A stretch of DNA of 63,306 bases, the filler included, from Octopus bimaculoides (taxonomy: Eukaryota), in assembly GCF_001194135.2 (NCBI RefSeq). It is 6 parts of 6 records of this genome, joined end to end, with 100 filler letters (N's around TTAATTAATTAA, not from the genome) between each part and the next. Parts side by side here need not be neighbours in the genome. Positions count along the whole stretch, not along the records: positions 26,216 to 38,429 come from NC_068993.1; positions 38,530 to 44,889 come from NC_069000.1; positions 44,990 to 52,561 come from NC_068984.1; 3 more parts are not named here. One strand, 5' to 3'. Position numbers and translations under genes: made by a program. The notes below the pieces were generated by a model. The model ran no database searches, was not told where the DNA came from, and saw nothing but the letters and a program-made list of their open reading frames with translations. Of the stretch, positions 37,760 through 49,489 are shown one piece after another (positions within the stretch are counted from its first letter, which is position 1; each line of letters begins with the position of its first letter).

Positions 37760-37870
37760 CCACAGCTGGATACCCTTCCCAACTCTTGCCCAAGGTGCCA
37801 CACAGTGGGACTGAACCTGGAATCATTTAATTGAGAAGCAAACTTCTTAACCACACAGTCGTGTCTGCAC
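37760..37870 (-). mobile_element. CpG-decayed SINE family B head
   Basis: gccacacagtgggactgaacctgg here versus gccacgcagtgggactgaacccgg in the 39-kb copy. Confidence 0.8.
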
Positions 37871-37976
37871 CTTTTGTGTATGTGTGTGTGTTTGTGTGTT
37901 TGTATATTTTTCTGTTCATACTTTCTGTTTCCAATACAATTGAACCAGAATCATTTGCCCCACTCTAACCTTCTTG

Positions 37977-38019
<43 letters not shown>

Positions 38020-38049
38020 TATGCATATGAGTGTATTTATGTGTGTGTG

Positions 38050-38084
<35 letters not shown>

Positions 38085-38086
<2 letters not shown>

Positions 38087-38410
38087 TTTTTCATGTTTTC
38101 ACTGTCCATTTTTTCCTGTCTTGGTTTGTGTTTGCCACCTTGGAATCTTCTGTTTAGTGGGTCGATCCACTTCTCAGGAAGAGACTATTCTAGAGTACGT
38201 TCTGCCTTATCTTCGAAACGTCTAGTTAGAATAGAGGCAGCTGACGAAGGACGGATTAATTCCAAGTGGCTATCTATTTTCCAATGTGTTCGTTCCATGG
38301 TCTGTAGTTCATTGTTCTAATGTCCTGTACCCTGATATGCATCTATATACACATGTAGATGTAAGTATGTACATATATGTGTGTATACATGCATATATAT
38401 TCTTTGTATT
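38085..38410 (+). mobile_element. Copy of the 45-kb putative Penelope-like family, inserted in (TA)n
   Basis: Aligns by eye with 45560-45915 (ttttcactgtc...ctcaggaaga...cttcgaaacg...gtcctgta.c.gatatgcatc). Confidence 0.8.
38169..38226 (+). ncRNA. Candidate hammerhead variant with CUCAGGA core (copy 1)
   Basis: ACUU-CUCAGGA-A-GAG...UUC-GAAAC-GUC-UAGU. Confidence 0.45.
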
Positions 38411-38774
38411 ATATATATATATATATATANNNNNNNNNNNNNNNNNNNNNNNNNNNNNNNNNNNNNNNNNNNNTTAATTAATTAANNNNNNNNNNNNNNN
38501 NNNNNNNNNNNNNNNNNNNNNNNNNNNNNGTGTGCTTCAAAGTTTTTCAATTATTTTCTGTTTCTTTTTTTCCAAACAGAACGAAGCAGATGAATAGGAA
38601 GCGTTTATTTTACTAGTCAGACATTTTTCAAACTTTCTTATATCTTGTTTTATTTAATAATCATATATTACGATCTTCTATCAAGTTGATTTCAACTTAT
38701 TTCTATCTTGTTTGAAACTGTCTAAAAAATAGTTATCTCTTTCCTTTAACATCTTTTCAATATATGACGTATTC

Positions 38775-39200
38775 AAGGTAGCGATTTGACAGAATAGTTT
38801 TCACGCCGGGCTAAATATTTCGCAGCATTTCGCCCGTCTTCATGTTCTAAGTTAAAATTCTGCCGACGTTCACTTTGCTTTTCCTCTTTCCCCGGTTGCT
38901 AAAGTAATTACCAATTGAGTACTGGGATCGACATAATCGATTAGCTTGCTCCTCGAAATTGCTGGCCTTGTACTAAAATTTAAAATCAATATATACTCTT
39001 TTACTTGTTTCAGTCATTTGACTGTGGCTATGCTGGAGCACCGCCTTTTAGTCGAGCAAATCGACCCCAGGACTTATTCTTTGTAAGCCAAGTATTTATT
39101 CTATCGGTCTCTTTTGCCGGACCGTTAAGTTACGGGGACGTAAATACACCAGTATCGGTTGTCAAGCAATGTTGGGGGACAAACACAGACACACAAATAT

Positions 39201-39247
<47 letters not shown>

Positions 39248-39610
39248 TACGACGGACTTCTTTCAGTTTCCGCCTACTGAATCCACTCACAAGGCTTTGG
39301 TCGGCCCGTGGCTATAGTGGAAGACACTTGCCCAAGGTGCCACGCAGTGGGACTGAACCCGGAACCATGTGGTTCGTAAGCAAACGACTTACCACACAGC
39401 GAGTTGGCAGAATCATTAACACGTCGGGCTAAATATTTCGCAGCATTTCGCCCGTCTTCACGTTCGGAGTTCAAATTCTGCCGATCGTTGACTTTGCCGT
39501 TCATCATTTCCGAGTCGCTAAAATAAGTATCAGTTGAGCACTAGGGGTCGATGTAATCGACTTACCCCTCCCCCGAAATTGCGGGTGTTGTGCCAAAATT
39601 TGAAACCAGT
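38775..39610. mobile_element. SINE A (+, 38775-38990), full SINE B (-, 38996-39400), SINE A (+, 39400-39610)
   Basis: Family motifs present with CpGs largely intact. Confidence 0.88.
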
Positions 39611-40649
39611 TTTTTTTTCTATCACTTTCCATTAATCTTATGCTTGATTACTCGTATTCAGCCACTTCTCAGTCATTTCGAAAGTGTTCGGTATTTTCTT
39701 TGGCTTTCGTTTGCTTCTGCATACTTCTCTTCACTTGTTTTTCTATTCCCGTTATTTTGTGCATAAGTTTGCTTTCCTCGACTTGTTTCTGTCATTGGAA
39801 TCTGGCCATGCTGGGGCACAGCCACGAAGAGTTTTTCAGTCGAATAAATCGTCCGCAGTGTCAATTTTCAAAGTGTGGGGGTTATTGTATTGTTTTCTCT
39901 TTGCCAAACTGCTAATTTACGGGGCAACAACAAAACAAAACGAACACCGGTTGACAAGCTTTAGTGTATGTAAGATATTAACACAGACACTAACACACAC
40001 TAAAGGCTTCCACACAGTTTCCATCTATCAGATCACTCGCGAGGCAGTGGTTGACCAAGCTCCATAGTAGAAGATATATGTCCAAGTTGCTGCGCCGTGG
40101 GTTTGAACCTGAAACTACGCAGTTGCAAAGCGTGCCTTTATATACTTTCTCATTATGTTTTGTTCTTATTACCAACCTAAACACAAAGATTTTTTTTTAT
40201 ATCTGATATTTTCAGTTGACCCATAAAACGCTGAGATTTTCACTTACATAGCATGGACTGCTGAGCACATTTTATGAAAATAAAACTACCACGCACACAT
40301 AAGAAACAAAAGATAGTTCAAATATCTTCTTACTATATAATGGTAGCAAGTTTTACATCATCTGAAACGTCATTAGTTGAACTATTAATCCTCTTGCATT
40401 CTGGGGGTTATAGAAGCGTTTGAGTGACATTAGACCCCAACAAACGCCTATAAATTAAATGCGTCTAATCGTGGCCTGTCGACCTGTGTCTGACAGCCAC
40501 GATCGTAACCGGTTGCGCTTTATGTGTTAAATTCTAAGACATTTCTTTCTTCTGAGCTCTAAGAGTCATAAAACCGCGTCCCTGGCTTCCATGGCATATA
40601 AGTAAACGAGATCACATTATCCTGAACAAGTAATTTTAGCACAAGGTCA

Positions 40650-40850
40650 GCGATTACGAGGGGAGGGGCAAGTTGATTACATCGACCACAGTACTTGGCT
40701 GCTACTTTATTTTATCGACACCGAAGAAATGGAAGGTAAAAGCTGATCTCGGTAGGATTTCATTTTAAAACATAAATGGCCGGAGGAAATGCAGCTAAAC
40801 ATTTTGTCCGACATGCTAATGATTTTAACAGCTCACCGCCTTTCTAATAC
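40650..40850 (-). mobile_element. Degenerate SINE family A
   Basis: gattacatcgacc.cagtac...tttatcgac.ccgaag. Confidence 0.7.
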
Positions 40851-41614
40851 ATTTAGCTCTTATTTATCATACTCAGATCTCTTTAACCATCTCCACTCAT
40901 TTTTCAATCTGTTTCAATTCATAGTTAATATCTTTCTGTTTTATATTTCCATATATTTGTCCGTTTGCTTATCCTTTCTAACCCTTTCTACTGTTTCGAA
41001 AACCTCTTTTATTTCTCCTTTGATATCATTCTATTTCAACATCTTCGCCTACTTAACTACTATTGCCGCCGCGTTCTTTAATCATTTCATATTCATTCAG
41101 TCGACTTCCGGACGGTTTCTTTTTCAGTTATTACTTTCAGTATATTTCGTTTGTTTCTTACCCTTTCCAAGGTTTCTAGTCCTATTTTAGTAATATTCAT
41201 GGTGTCTCCGTCTTTTTATAACAATATCTGTTGTATATATTTCGCTTCAGTAATTCTCATTGTCATTCGACATCGATATATTCACCCAGTTCATGTTTTT
41301 CATTATTTTCTATCCTTTTAATGCTTACAATAAATTTTTAGTAATATTGATTCATTTCCAATTTTTCTTAATGCTTTTTGTATTCTCGGAAATTTTTCAA
41401 AAGTGTTTTCAAACGTGTTTTCATATATTAAGTTTTTTTTTTAAAGTATTGTGAATCTAAACTTTCACTCTATTTTCTCTCTTTTATTCAATATTCATCC
41501 AACTTCTTTCAGTTTTCGTCGTTGTTTTATGATGTTCACACATTAATTTATTGTTGATAGCATTTTTCATCTGAGTTTTACAAGTGGATTTTTTTCATTA
41601 CTTTCCTTTGCTTT

Positions 41615-41755
41615 CCAAATTCCGCCGAGGTTAATTTTGCCTTTTCATCCTTTCGGGTTCGATAATACAACTGGCAGTTGAGTACTGGGGTTGATGTAAT
41701 CGACTTACTCCCTCCACCAAATTCCAGGCCTTGTGCCTTTGGTAGAAAGTATTAT
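41615..41755 (+). mobile_element. SINE family A 3' part
   Basis: aaattccgccgagg...gatgtaatcgacttactccc...ggccttgtgcc. Confidence 0.8.
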
Positions 41756-41949
41756 TATTTGACGTTTGTTAATTTCAGGCAATTTTCTGCTGCATCACCT
41801 CTTATACCTCCGTGTTGCTGAGGTGTTTTCAACATTGTGTTCTTGTTATCTTTTTGTTGCTGAGGGAGTATAAAATCTTCCCGGTATCGTATCGCATCAG
41901 TATTTTCCGTTATATATATATATATATATATATATGTTAAATCTCTGAA

Positions 41950-42108
41950 CGAGCTCTTAACAGTAACTGCACGACAAGGTGAAGTATATTTGCCACTTAA
42001 ATGCGGCTGACCCCTAAGGGTGGATGTTACTGTTGCTTTTAGCCCCAGGAGATGTGTGTCAATAGCCAGCTGGAGGAGATGTTCTCCTGGGGCTAAAAGC
42101 AACAGTAA
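41950..42108. mobile_element. Repeat fragment ending in a perfect 26-bp inverted repeat, between (TA)n and a gap
   Basis: ttactgttgcttttagccccaggaga (42027-42052) and its exact reverse complement (42083-42108), 30-nt spacer. Confidence 0.8.
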
Positions 42109-42357
42109 NNNNNNNNNNNNNNNNNNNNNNNNNNNNNNNNNNNNNNNNNNNNNNNNNNNNNNNNNNNNNNNNNNNNNNNNNNNNNNNNNNNNNNNNNNNN
42201 NNNNNNNNNNNNNNNNNNNNNNNNNNNNNNNNNNNNNNNNNNNNNNNNNNNNNNNNNNNNNNNNNNNNNNNNNNNNNNNNNNNNNNNNNNNNNNNNNNNN
42301 NNNNNNNNNNNNNNNNNNNNNNNNNNNNNNNNNNNNNNNNNNNNNNNNNNNNNNNNN

Positions 42358-42398
<41 letters not shown>

Positions 42399-42409
42399 TT
42401 GTATGCATC

Positions 42410-42585
42410 TATGTCTGTGTGTTGGTTTGTTTATGTCTCGGTAGCGTAACGGTTCGGCCAAAGAGACCGACAGAATAAACACCAAGTTTACGAAAAATAA
42501 ATACAGGGGTCGATTTGATCGATACCTCTCTTCAAGGTGGTGCTCCAGCATGGCGCAACCCAATGACTGAAATAAGTAAAAGAGT
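42410..42585 (+). mobile_element. SINE family B 3' part
   Basis: cggttcggccaaagagaccga...ggtggtgctccagcatgg...tgactgaaataagtaaaaga. Confidence 0.8.
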
Positions 42586-42984
42586 ATATGTGGATTCTTC
42601 GTATTCCTTTTCATATTTCTTGATTTCAAATTCTAATCCCGCCTCACATTGTGCCTAGATAGTTACTTCCCCTTGATATAAACGTCCATTTGCAGAGCGT
42701 CACGCTCGGATATCTGATGTTTTAAATGATATTTGCAACTTTGTCTTTTGCGTGGATTTGTTCGATGAATATTGATTTGTTTGAATGCAATGCATGGAAG
42801 GAAGCAAAATTATTTAGATTTGCTAGCGGTAACATTAGATTTAGTCGATAATTCTATTTAGATTAATGTGTAAATGTATGATTGGTGTACGTTACAGCTA
42901 GTTGACAACTCGTCAAATATGTCTGTCTTATTTTTCGAATGTTCTTCATATAAAACCGAGAAGAATTTTAATATTTTATACATT

Positions 42985-44000
42985 TCCCCCAAAGGTAACA
43001 AGCTGGCTGAATTGTCAGCACGTCGGACAAAATGTTTGGCAGCATTTCTTCCAGCTCTTTATGTTCCGAGTTCAAATACCACTGAAGTTGACACGTTGCC
43101 TTTCATTCCCTCAGAGTTGAGAAAGTTAGGTACTAGCAAAATACTGGGGAGGACTTGTCCCTTCCCCTCAAGATTTCTGCTTTTGAATCCTGCAGCGGAC
43201 CGGCATTTCGTTTAAGGGGAATTTTATGATCTCCGTGGGACATGCCAAGGAGACCTGATAACCGGCTTTTATATGTCCTAAGGTTTAAGAAAAATAAATT
43301 AATAAATACGAGAGTAATTTAGAGCAGTAATTTTACTCTGCCCTGATAAGGCAGTGAGCTGGAAGAATCGGTAGAGCGCCGGGCAAAAACTGTTTAGTAG
43401 CGTTTCGTTCGTCTTTACGTGCTGAGTTCAAATTCTACCGAGGTCGTCTTTGCCTTTTATTTTTTCGGGGTCAATAAAATAAGTGCTAGTTGAACACTGG
43501 GATCGATTTAATCGACTTGGACCCTCCTCCAAACTTGCTGGCCTTGTGCTAAAATTTGAAACTAATATTACTTTCTTCTGAGAAATAAAACACAAAGAAA
43601 ATACCGATACAACAAATTGAAGAAAATATTGATTTCAATATTTGGTACAGGGTCGCCAAGTTCGTGGGCTGGAGTAATCAATTACATCGATCTCAGGGCT
43701 AAACTGGTACGTTTTATCGAACATAAAAGGGAGTAAAGCAAAGCCGACTTCGGCGGAATCTGAACTCAGAACGTAAAGACAGATAAAATAATTCTGTTAT
43801 AGGCACAAGGCCAGAAACTTTGAGGGAGGAGGCTAGTCAATTACTTCGATCCAGCGTTCAACTGGTACTTAATTTATCGACCCCGAAAGGATGAAAGGCA
43901 AAGCCGACCTCGGCAGAATTTGAACTCAGAACATAAGGACGGACGAAATGTCGTTAAGCATTTTACCCGGCGTGCTAACATTTCTGCCAGCTCGCCGCCT
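42985..44000. mobile_element. Four SINE family A copies: + 42985-43190, + 43350-43570, - 43630-43790, - 43790-44000 (the last is young and CpG-rich)
   Basis: Family core and head motifs. Confidence 0.88.
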
Positions 44001-45005
44001 ATAATTGAAGAGAATATATAGTCATCCCTTCGCTAGTTCATCACCTTGAATTACCCACAATTATATATCACCAGCGGGAAATTCCACGGTGTAAGTCGGC
44101 GTATTTGAAAACATTGTTTATATATTAAACACAAACAAGAAATCCATTTAATTTCAATTCAGCTATCTATTTGCGTATTTATTAATATATCTCTTATATC
44201 TGCATTTCCTTTGATATATCTGTAGACTTACCTACATAACTACCAACATACGTAATCTATCTATCTATCTATCTATCTATCTGTGTACTTAACTATTACA
44301 TCTACTTTCTCCTCTACCGATGTATATGTCGGTCTACTCGCAAAATATCGACACGCATTTAAACATTATAAAAAAAAAAAAAAAAATGAGCAATGGCTTG
44401 GCACCAGCACGGCCACAGACTTTGGTCTGGAACCCGTAAAAGATAAAAGTATAACATTCACAGCTATTTGCTAAGGTTCATTTAACTTGGATTTAACTAT
44501 CTATCGATATGTCTTTTAATAAATCAATTTATAGATCTTCAGGACAATGTTTCATTATGTTAAACATTTCGACTGTGACCGAGATTTGAACACACAAATG
44601 CAGAATAACATTGACTATCTCTCTCTTTGGCGTTTTCTGTTTCTATCTTTTTCCTGATTCCACTATTTCAGTTTCTCTCTTTGTGTCTCTTTCGTCTCTG
44701 TTTCTACATGTATCTTTTTCCATTCGAATTATCAACTCTCTGGGCATAACACACAGACAAAACCGCCAGACCGCAGGAACAAACAGAACAATATAATCAT
44801 TATCGACAGAAATTTTTTGTGAATTACACTTCGAATAAAATGAGATGAGATGAATACTGATGAGTATATATATATATATATATATATATNNNNNNNNNNN
44901 NNNNNNNNNNNNNNNNNNNNNNNNNNNNNNNNNTTAATTAATTAANNNNNNNNNNNNNNNNNNNNNNNNNNNNNNNNNNNNNNNNNNNNATATATATATA
45001 TATAT

Positions 45006-45911
45006 AAGTCCGTTTTTGTGCTTTATGTCCCCGTTCACTTTTCTGACGTCCTGTACCCGGATATGCATCTATATATACATGTAGATGTAGGTATGTACAT
45101 ATATGTATGTATACATGCATATGCTCATATATCATTTATATTATTATATTATCGAACGCGACGCGTCCATTTGCAAGTAGGTTTCAACTTTATATTTCTG
45201 ACGCGACTCTATCTTTCTGTTTATCTATCCATCTATCTATCTATCTATTTATTTATCTATCTATCTTTCTTCTTACCTATCGCCCCTTCCCGTTCTGCTT
45301 CCTTCTATTGTCCTTCCTTCTCCCCTTTACTGCTATACATATCTCTCTCTTACTCTACCTCCTTGTCTCTCGTCGCTCACTTCCTCCCTTTTCCTCCCTC
45401 TACCACTCCTCTTTGCTCGCATGTGACCTGTGGTCACTTCTTCCTTTCTCACTCCAGCCAGCATAAAGGAAAGACGAAACTACTTTTTCTCCGTTCAGCT
45501 TTGTCATATCATAGCGTTCAATATCTCATCGCGTTTGACCCTACGGCCTTTTAATGTTGTTTTCACTGTCTAATTTTTCCTGTCTTGGTTTGTGTTTGCT
45601 ACCTTAGAAGCCTCTGTTTAGTGGCTTAATCCACTACTCAGGAAGAACTATTCTAAGAGTGCGTCCTGCCTTATCTTCGAAACGCCTAGTTTAGAATAGA
45701 GGCAGCAGATGAAGGAATAATTCCATAAGTGGCTTGTCTGTTTTCCTATGTGTTCGTTCTGTTGTCTGTAAACAAAGTCCGTTTTTTTTTTGTTTTTTAT
45801 GTCCCCGTTCACTTTTCTGACGTCCTGTATCCGGATATGCATCTATATATACATGTAGATGTAGGTATGTACATATATGTATGTATACATGCATATGCTC
45901 ATATATCATTT
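45006..45911 (+). mobile_element. ~770-bp unit with a ~130-bp terminal direct repeat (partial tandem, pLTR-like), in (TA)n context
   Basis: 45006-45137 is repeated at 45775-45911. A related copy is at 38085-38410. Confidence 0.75.
45633..45690 (+). ncRNA. Candidate hammerhead variant with CUCAGGA core (copy 2)
   Basis: ACUA-CUCAGGA-A-GAA...UUC-GAAAC-GCC-UAGU. Confidence 0.45.
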
Positions 45912-45915
45912 GTAT

Positions 45916-45957
<42 letters not shown>

Positions 45958-46438
45958 NNNNNNNNNNNNNNNNNNNNNNNNNNNNNNNNNNNNNNNNNNN
46001 NNNNNNNNNNNNNNNNNNNNNNNNNNNNNNNNNNNNNNNNNNNNNNNNNNNNNNNNNNNNNNNNNNNNNNNNNNNNNNNNNNNNNNNNNNNNNNNNNNNN
46101 NNNNNNNNNNNNNNNNNNNNNNNNNNNNNNNNNNNNNNNNNNNNNNNNNNNNNNNNNNNNNNNNNNNNNNNNNNNNNNNNNNNNNNNNNNNNNNNNNNNN
46201 NNNNNNNNNNNNNNNNNNNNNNNNNNNNNNNNNNNNNNNNNNNNNNNNNNNNNNNNNNNNNNNNNNNNNNNNNNNNNNNNNNNNNNNNNNNNNNNNNNNN
46301 NNNNNNNNNNNNNNNNNNNNNNNNNNNNNNNNNNNNNNNNNNNNNNNNNNNNNNNNNNNNNNNNNNNNNNNNNNNNNNNNNNNNNNNNNNNNNNNNNNNN
46401 NNNNNNNNNNNNNNNNNNNNNNNNNNNNNNNNNNNNNN

Positions 46439-46554
46439 AGTAGCACGCGCTCTTAACCACTACGCCATATACCAGGCATATGGCATAGTGGTTAAGAGCG
46501 CGGGCTACTAACCCCAAGATTCCGAGTTCGATTCCAGGCAGTGACCTGAATAAA

Positions 46555-46601
<47 letters not shown>
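46439..46601 (+). mobile_element. tRNA-like family C head with (AAT)n tail, preceded by its own inverted copy
   Basis: A box TGGCATAGTGG, B box GAGTTCGATTCC. 32-bp arms 46439-46470 and 46478-46509, 30/32 complementary. Confidence 0.85.
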
Positions 46602-46603
<2 letters not shown>

Positions 46604-47731
46604 TATGAATAACAAATATGGTAAGAACTTTACTTCCCAACATCATCATCGATTCCGATGTACTTGCAGCTTTCATCATTAAAGATAGGAAAGATAGACA
46701 TGCTGTTGATGTACATGCTCTCTACCTGGTCGACAATCTTTCAGTTGACTATCGTGGATGAGCATTTATCTTGCTCAAATTCCATTTCTATATCTCATGA
46801 AAATGTTGTGACTAGTTTTAGTTGTCTCTTGACGTTGGTCATATTAAATCTGAAGCTGTTGATGCTGTTTTTTCTTTGTTTTTTTGTTTTTTTTGGTGGG
46901 GGTGTTATTGTCATTGCAGTTTTTGTTGTATAACTCCAATCAGTCCTGCACTAACAGTCCTATGTTCAAAAGCATTCTAGCCGCGACGATTCCACGACGA
47001 TAACAAAAACAATCTAGCCGCGACAATAACAACGTTATCCAACGTATCTTTTGTAGGATGTTATTTATGAAAGTCTAGACTGCTATTTCTGGCAGGTCGA
47101 GTGACTATATAGAGGTGGCAGGCAAATGTACGAGAGTCTACTAATGTGTATCATCATACCTTACAAGACATGACATATCTAAACATAATGTGGACTCCAA
47201 ATACAAAGTCACTTGAAGCATGCAGCATTTCTTGTGATTTTATGTTCAGCTGTAGTAATTATTTTATAGTTCATAAACATCAAAGTAAATTACAAATTTC
47301 TCTTGAAGTTTTAATTAACAGTTATGAATTTTAAAACAAACAAGAGAAATCAAACGCATCTTAAACACAAATTAAACTTATCTAAAACATCTTAAATACA
47401 TCTTGAACATATTTTAAACACATCTTAGGCACATAAAAAAACACTTTATCAAGCTCAGATTTACATTCATGATTACTTCTATATTTGTCTTGATAAGGAT
47501 TTACTTAACCTTAAACACAAGTATGACAGCGTTAATTACATACTTAACCTTTTGCAATTAGAAGTATCCATTTACGGATAATCTGACTTATTGATTTCAA
47601 GAAGAGTAAGGAGGATAGGTACTTGTGTTTTGGTTACATAGGCGGTTTGATGGGAATTTACCACATAAATGTCGCAACAGACGTCATTTTTTTCAAATAC
47701 ACTTGCTCACATTCACATGCGCAGACACATG

Positions 47732-47768
<37 letters not shown>

Positions 47769-48355
47769 ATGTACATCTATGCACATGTATAAACACACGC
47801 ATACGCATACATACGCACATGCATACACACGCACGCACATACACACAAACACGCATACAAACGCACACGCATACACACGTGCACGTGCGTATGTGTGTGC
47901 ATGCACGTGTGCGTGTGTGTGTGCGTGTGTGTGTGTGTGCGTGCGTGTGTGCGTGCCTTTGTGTGTGTGTGTGCAAATCGTCATTAGCAAGGAATTATGT
48001 AACTTTGTATATGTTAAACTGTCGGCATCTTTTGGGAAATGAGAACAATGATATAACGAAGGGGTTAGAGCAGATCAGTCAGCGCCTCTAAGTTGGCTCT
48101 CGACTCTTAAAAGAAAAAGAAATCATCTGATAGTCTTCCAGCCCGCTTCAATTTCAAGACATATGTATTTCTTCACATCTTGAAGATATTCTCCCTTCCT
48201 TCAGAGTTGCTAATAGTTTTTTTTCTTCTTGGTTTTTGTTTTCCTTTTCTGATCGCGACAAATATTTTAATAAATTAAGATTTTTTTGTGAAAACTTGTA
48301 CTTTACAAATCGTCAACTTTGTAATCCAAATTCATGTCACTAGGCTCTTCGAGTT

Positions 48356-48439
48356 GTAGGTAGGTAGGTAGGTAGGTAGGTAGGTAGGTAGGTAGGTAGG
48401 TAGGTAGATAGATAGATAGATAAATAGATAGATAGATAA

Positions 48440-48498
<59 letters not shown>
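48356..48498. repeat. (TAGG)n-(TAGA)n compound microsatellite
   Basis: Direct reading. Confidence 0.95.
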
Positions 48499-48499
<1 letters not shown>

Positions 48500-48523
48500 A
48501 CAACAAGGATATCCAGAGGTAAT

Positions 48524-48612
48524 GCAGTACGATCGTTTCACGAAACTCCATTTAATTGAACAATGCAACAATTACATCAATTTAAATGCAGAGCAATCCT
48601 CAGCTGCACAAA
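48524..48612. repeat. Dispersed repeat segment, homologous to 61240-61390; class not determined
   Basis: gcagtacg...gtttca...actccattt...aaatgcagagcaatc(c/t)tcagctgcacaa in both. Confidence 0.8.
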
Positions 48613-49489
48613 GACATAAAATTTAATTAAATTAAAACAGATGGACTCATTAGTATAATTTTACCTAAAATCTCCATGAAGTTAAAGAGATAGACAAAGA
48701 ACATGCTGCCTTCACTTCAGCTTAGAAGCTACTAAGGTATCAGGAAGAAAGACTTGTTACAGATTTTGCTTGTCACTGTTTTNNNNNNNNNNAAGGTATC
48801 AGGAAGAAAGACTTGTTACAGATTTTGCTTGTCACTGTTTTATGGGGTCAGTTTTAATTTATAGACTAGTTTTATCAAATCCTTGTATAACTAAGGCCGA
48901 GAGAACAAGGGGCAGTGTCTGTTAGGGATAGGGCTGAGGGAGTCGACAGAAATCATAGTGGGTATAGTCACAAAAAAATCAAAATTTATTAGAAACAATA
49001 TCATGAGATTTGGTAAAGGAAAACTTGAATCAAGATGCTAGCTAACAATTAAGGGGGCCGGCCACTAGCAGACCATTGATAATGAAACAGGGGAAATCTT
49101 ATTATGTAGTACTATAGTTAAATATTTAAACAATATTGCTATATTGTATAAAGTTACAGTTTAGGGTTATTCAGAGGATTATTAAGAAGAATATTATAAC
49201 AAAAGGATAAAAAGTTTTTTGAATACTTTTGAGTATATACCAAACTTTTACCACAATAGAGGTAGGAAAAGAAATTATCTAGAAATAGTTTAATATTTAT
49301 ACATATTTTATACTGAAATACTAACTTATCAGATGGTATCTGTGAATATTGATCAATTGGTATATACTGGTATTTAATAAAGGAGTACTGAGGTGAAAGA
49401 ACATGCTAACTATATATTAAAAGAAATGGCTTGGGCTTTCCTTTTGAAACTGTAATTGACTACATATCGTCCAATCATTTAATTAAGAA

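Noticed and set aside
46475-46548. Functional tRNA gene
   Set aside because: A and B boxes are present but there is no acceptor stem, the anticodon stem is only 3 bp, and an (AAT)n tail follows: a SINE-type head
48734-48841. Apparent ~49-bp direct repeat around a 10-N gap (same pattern around 61311-61320)
   Set aside because: Unmerged contig overlap
48921-48939. ttagggatagggctgaggg as a second telomeric tract
   Set aside because: Only two to three units; expected by chance
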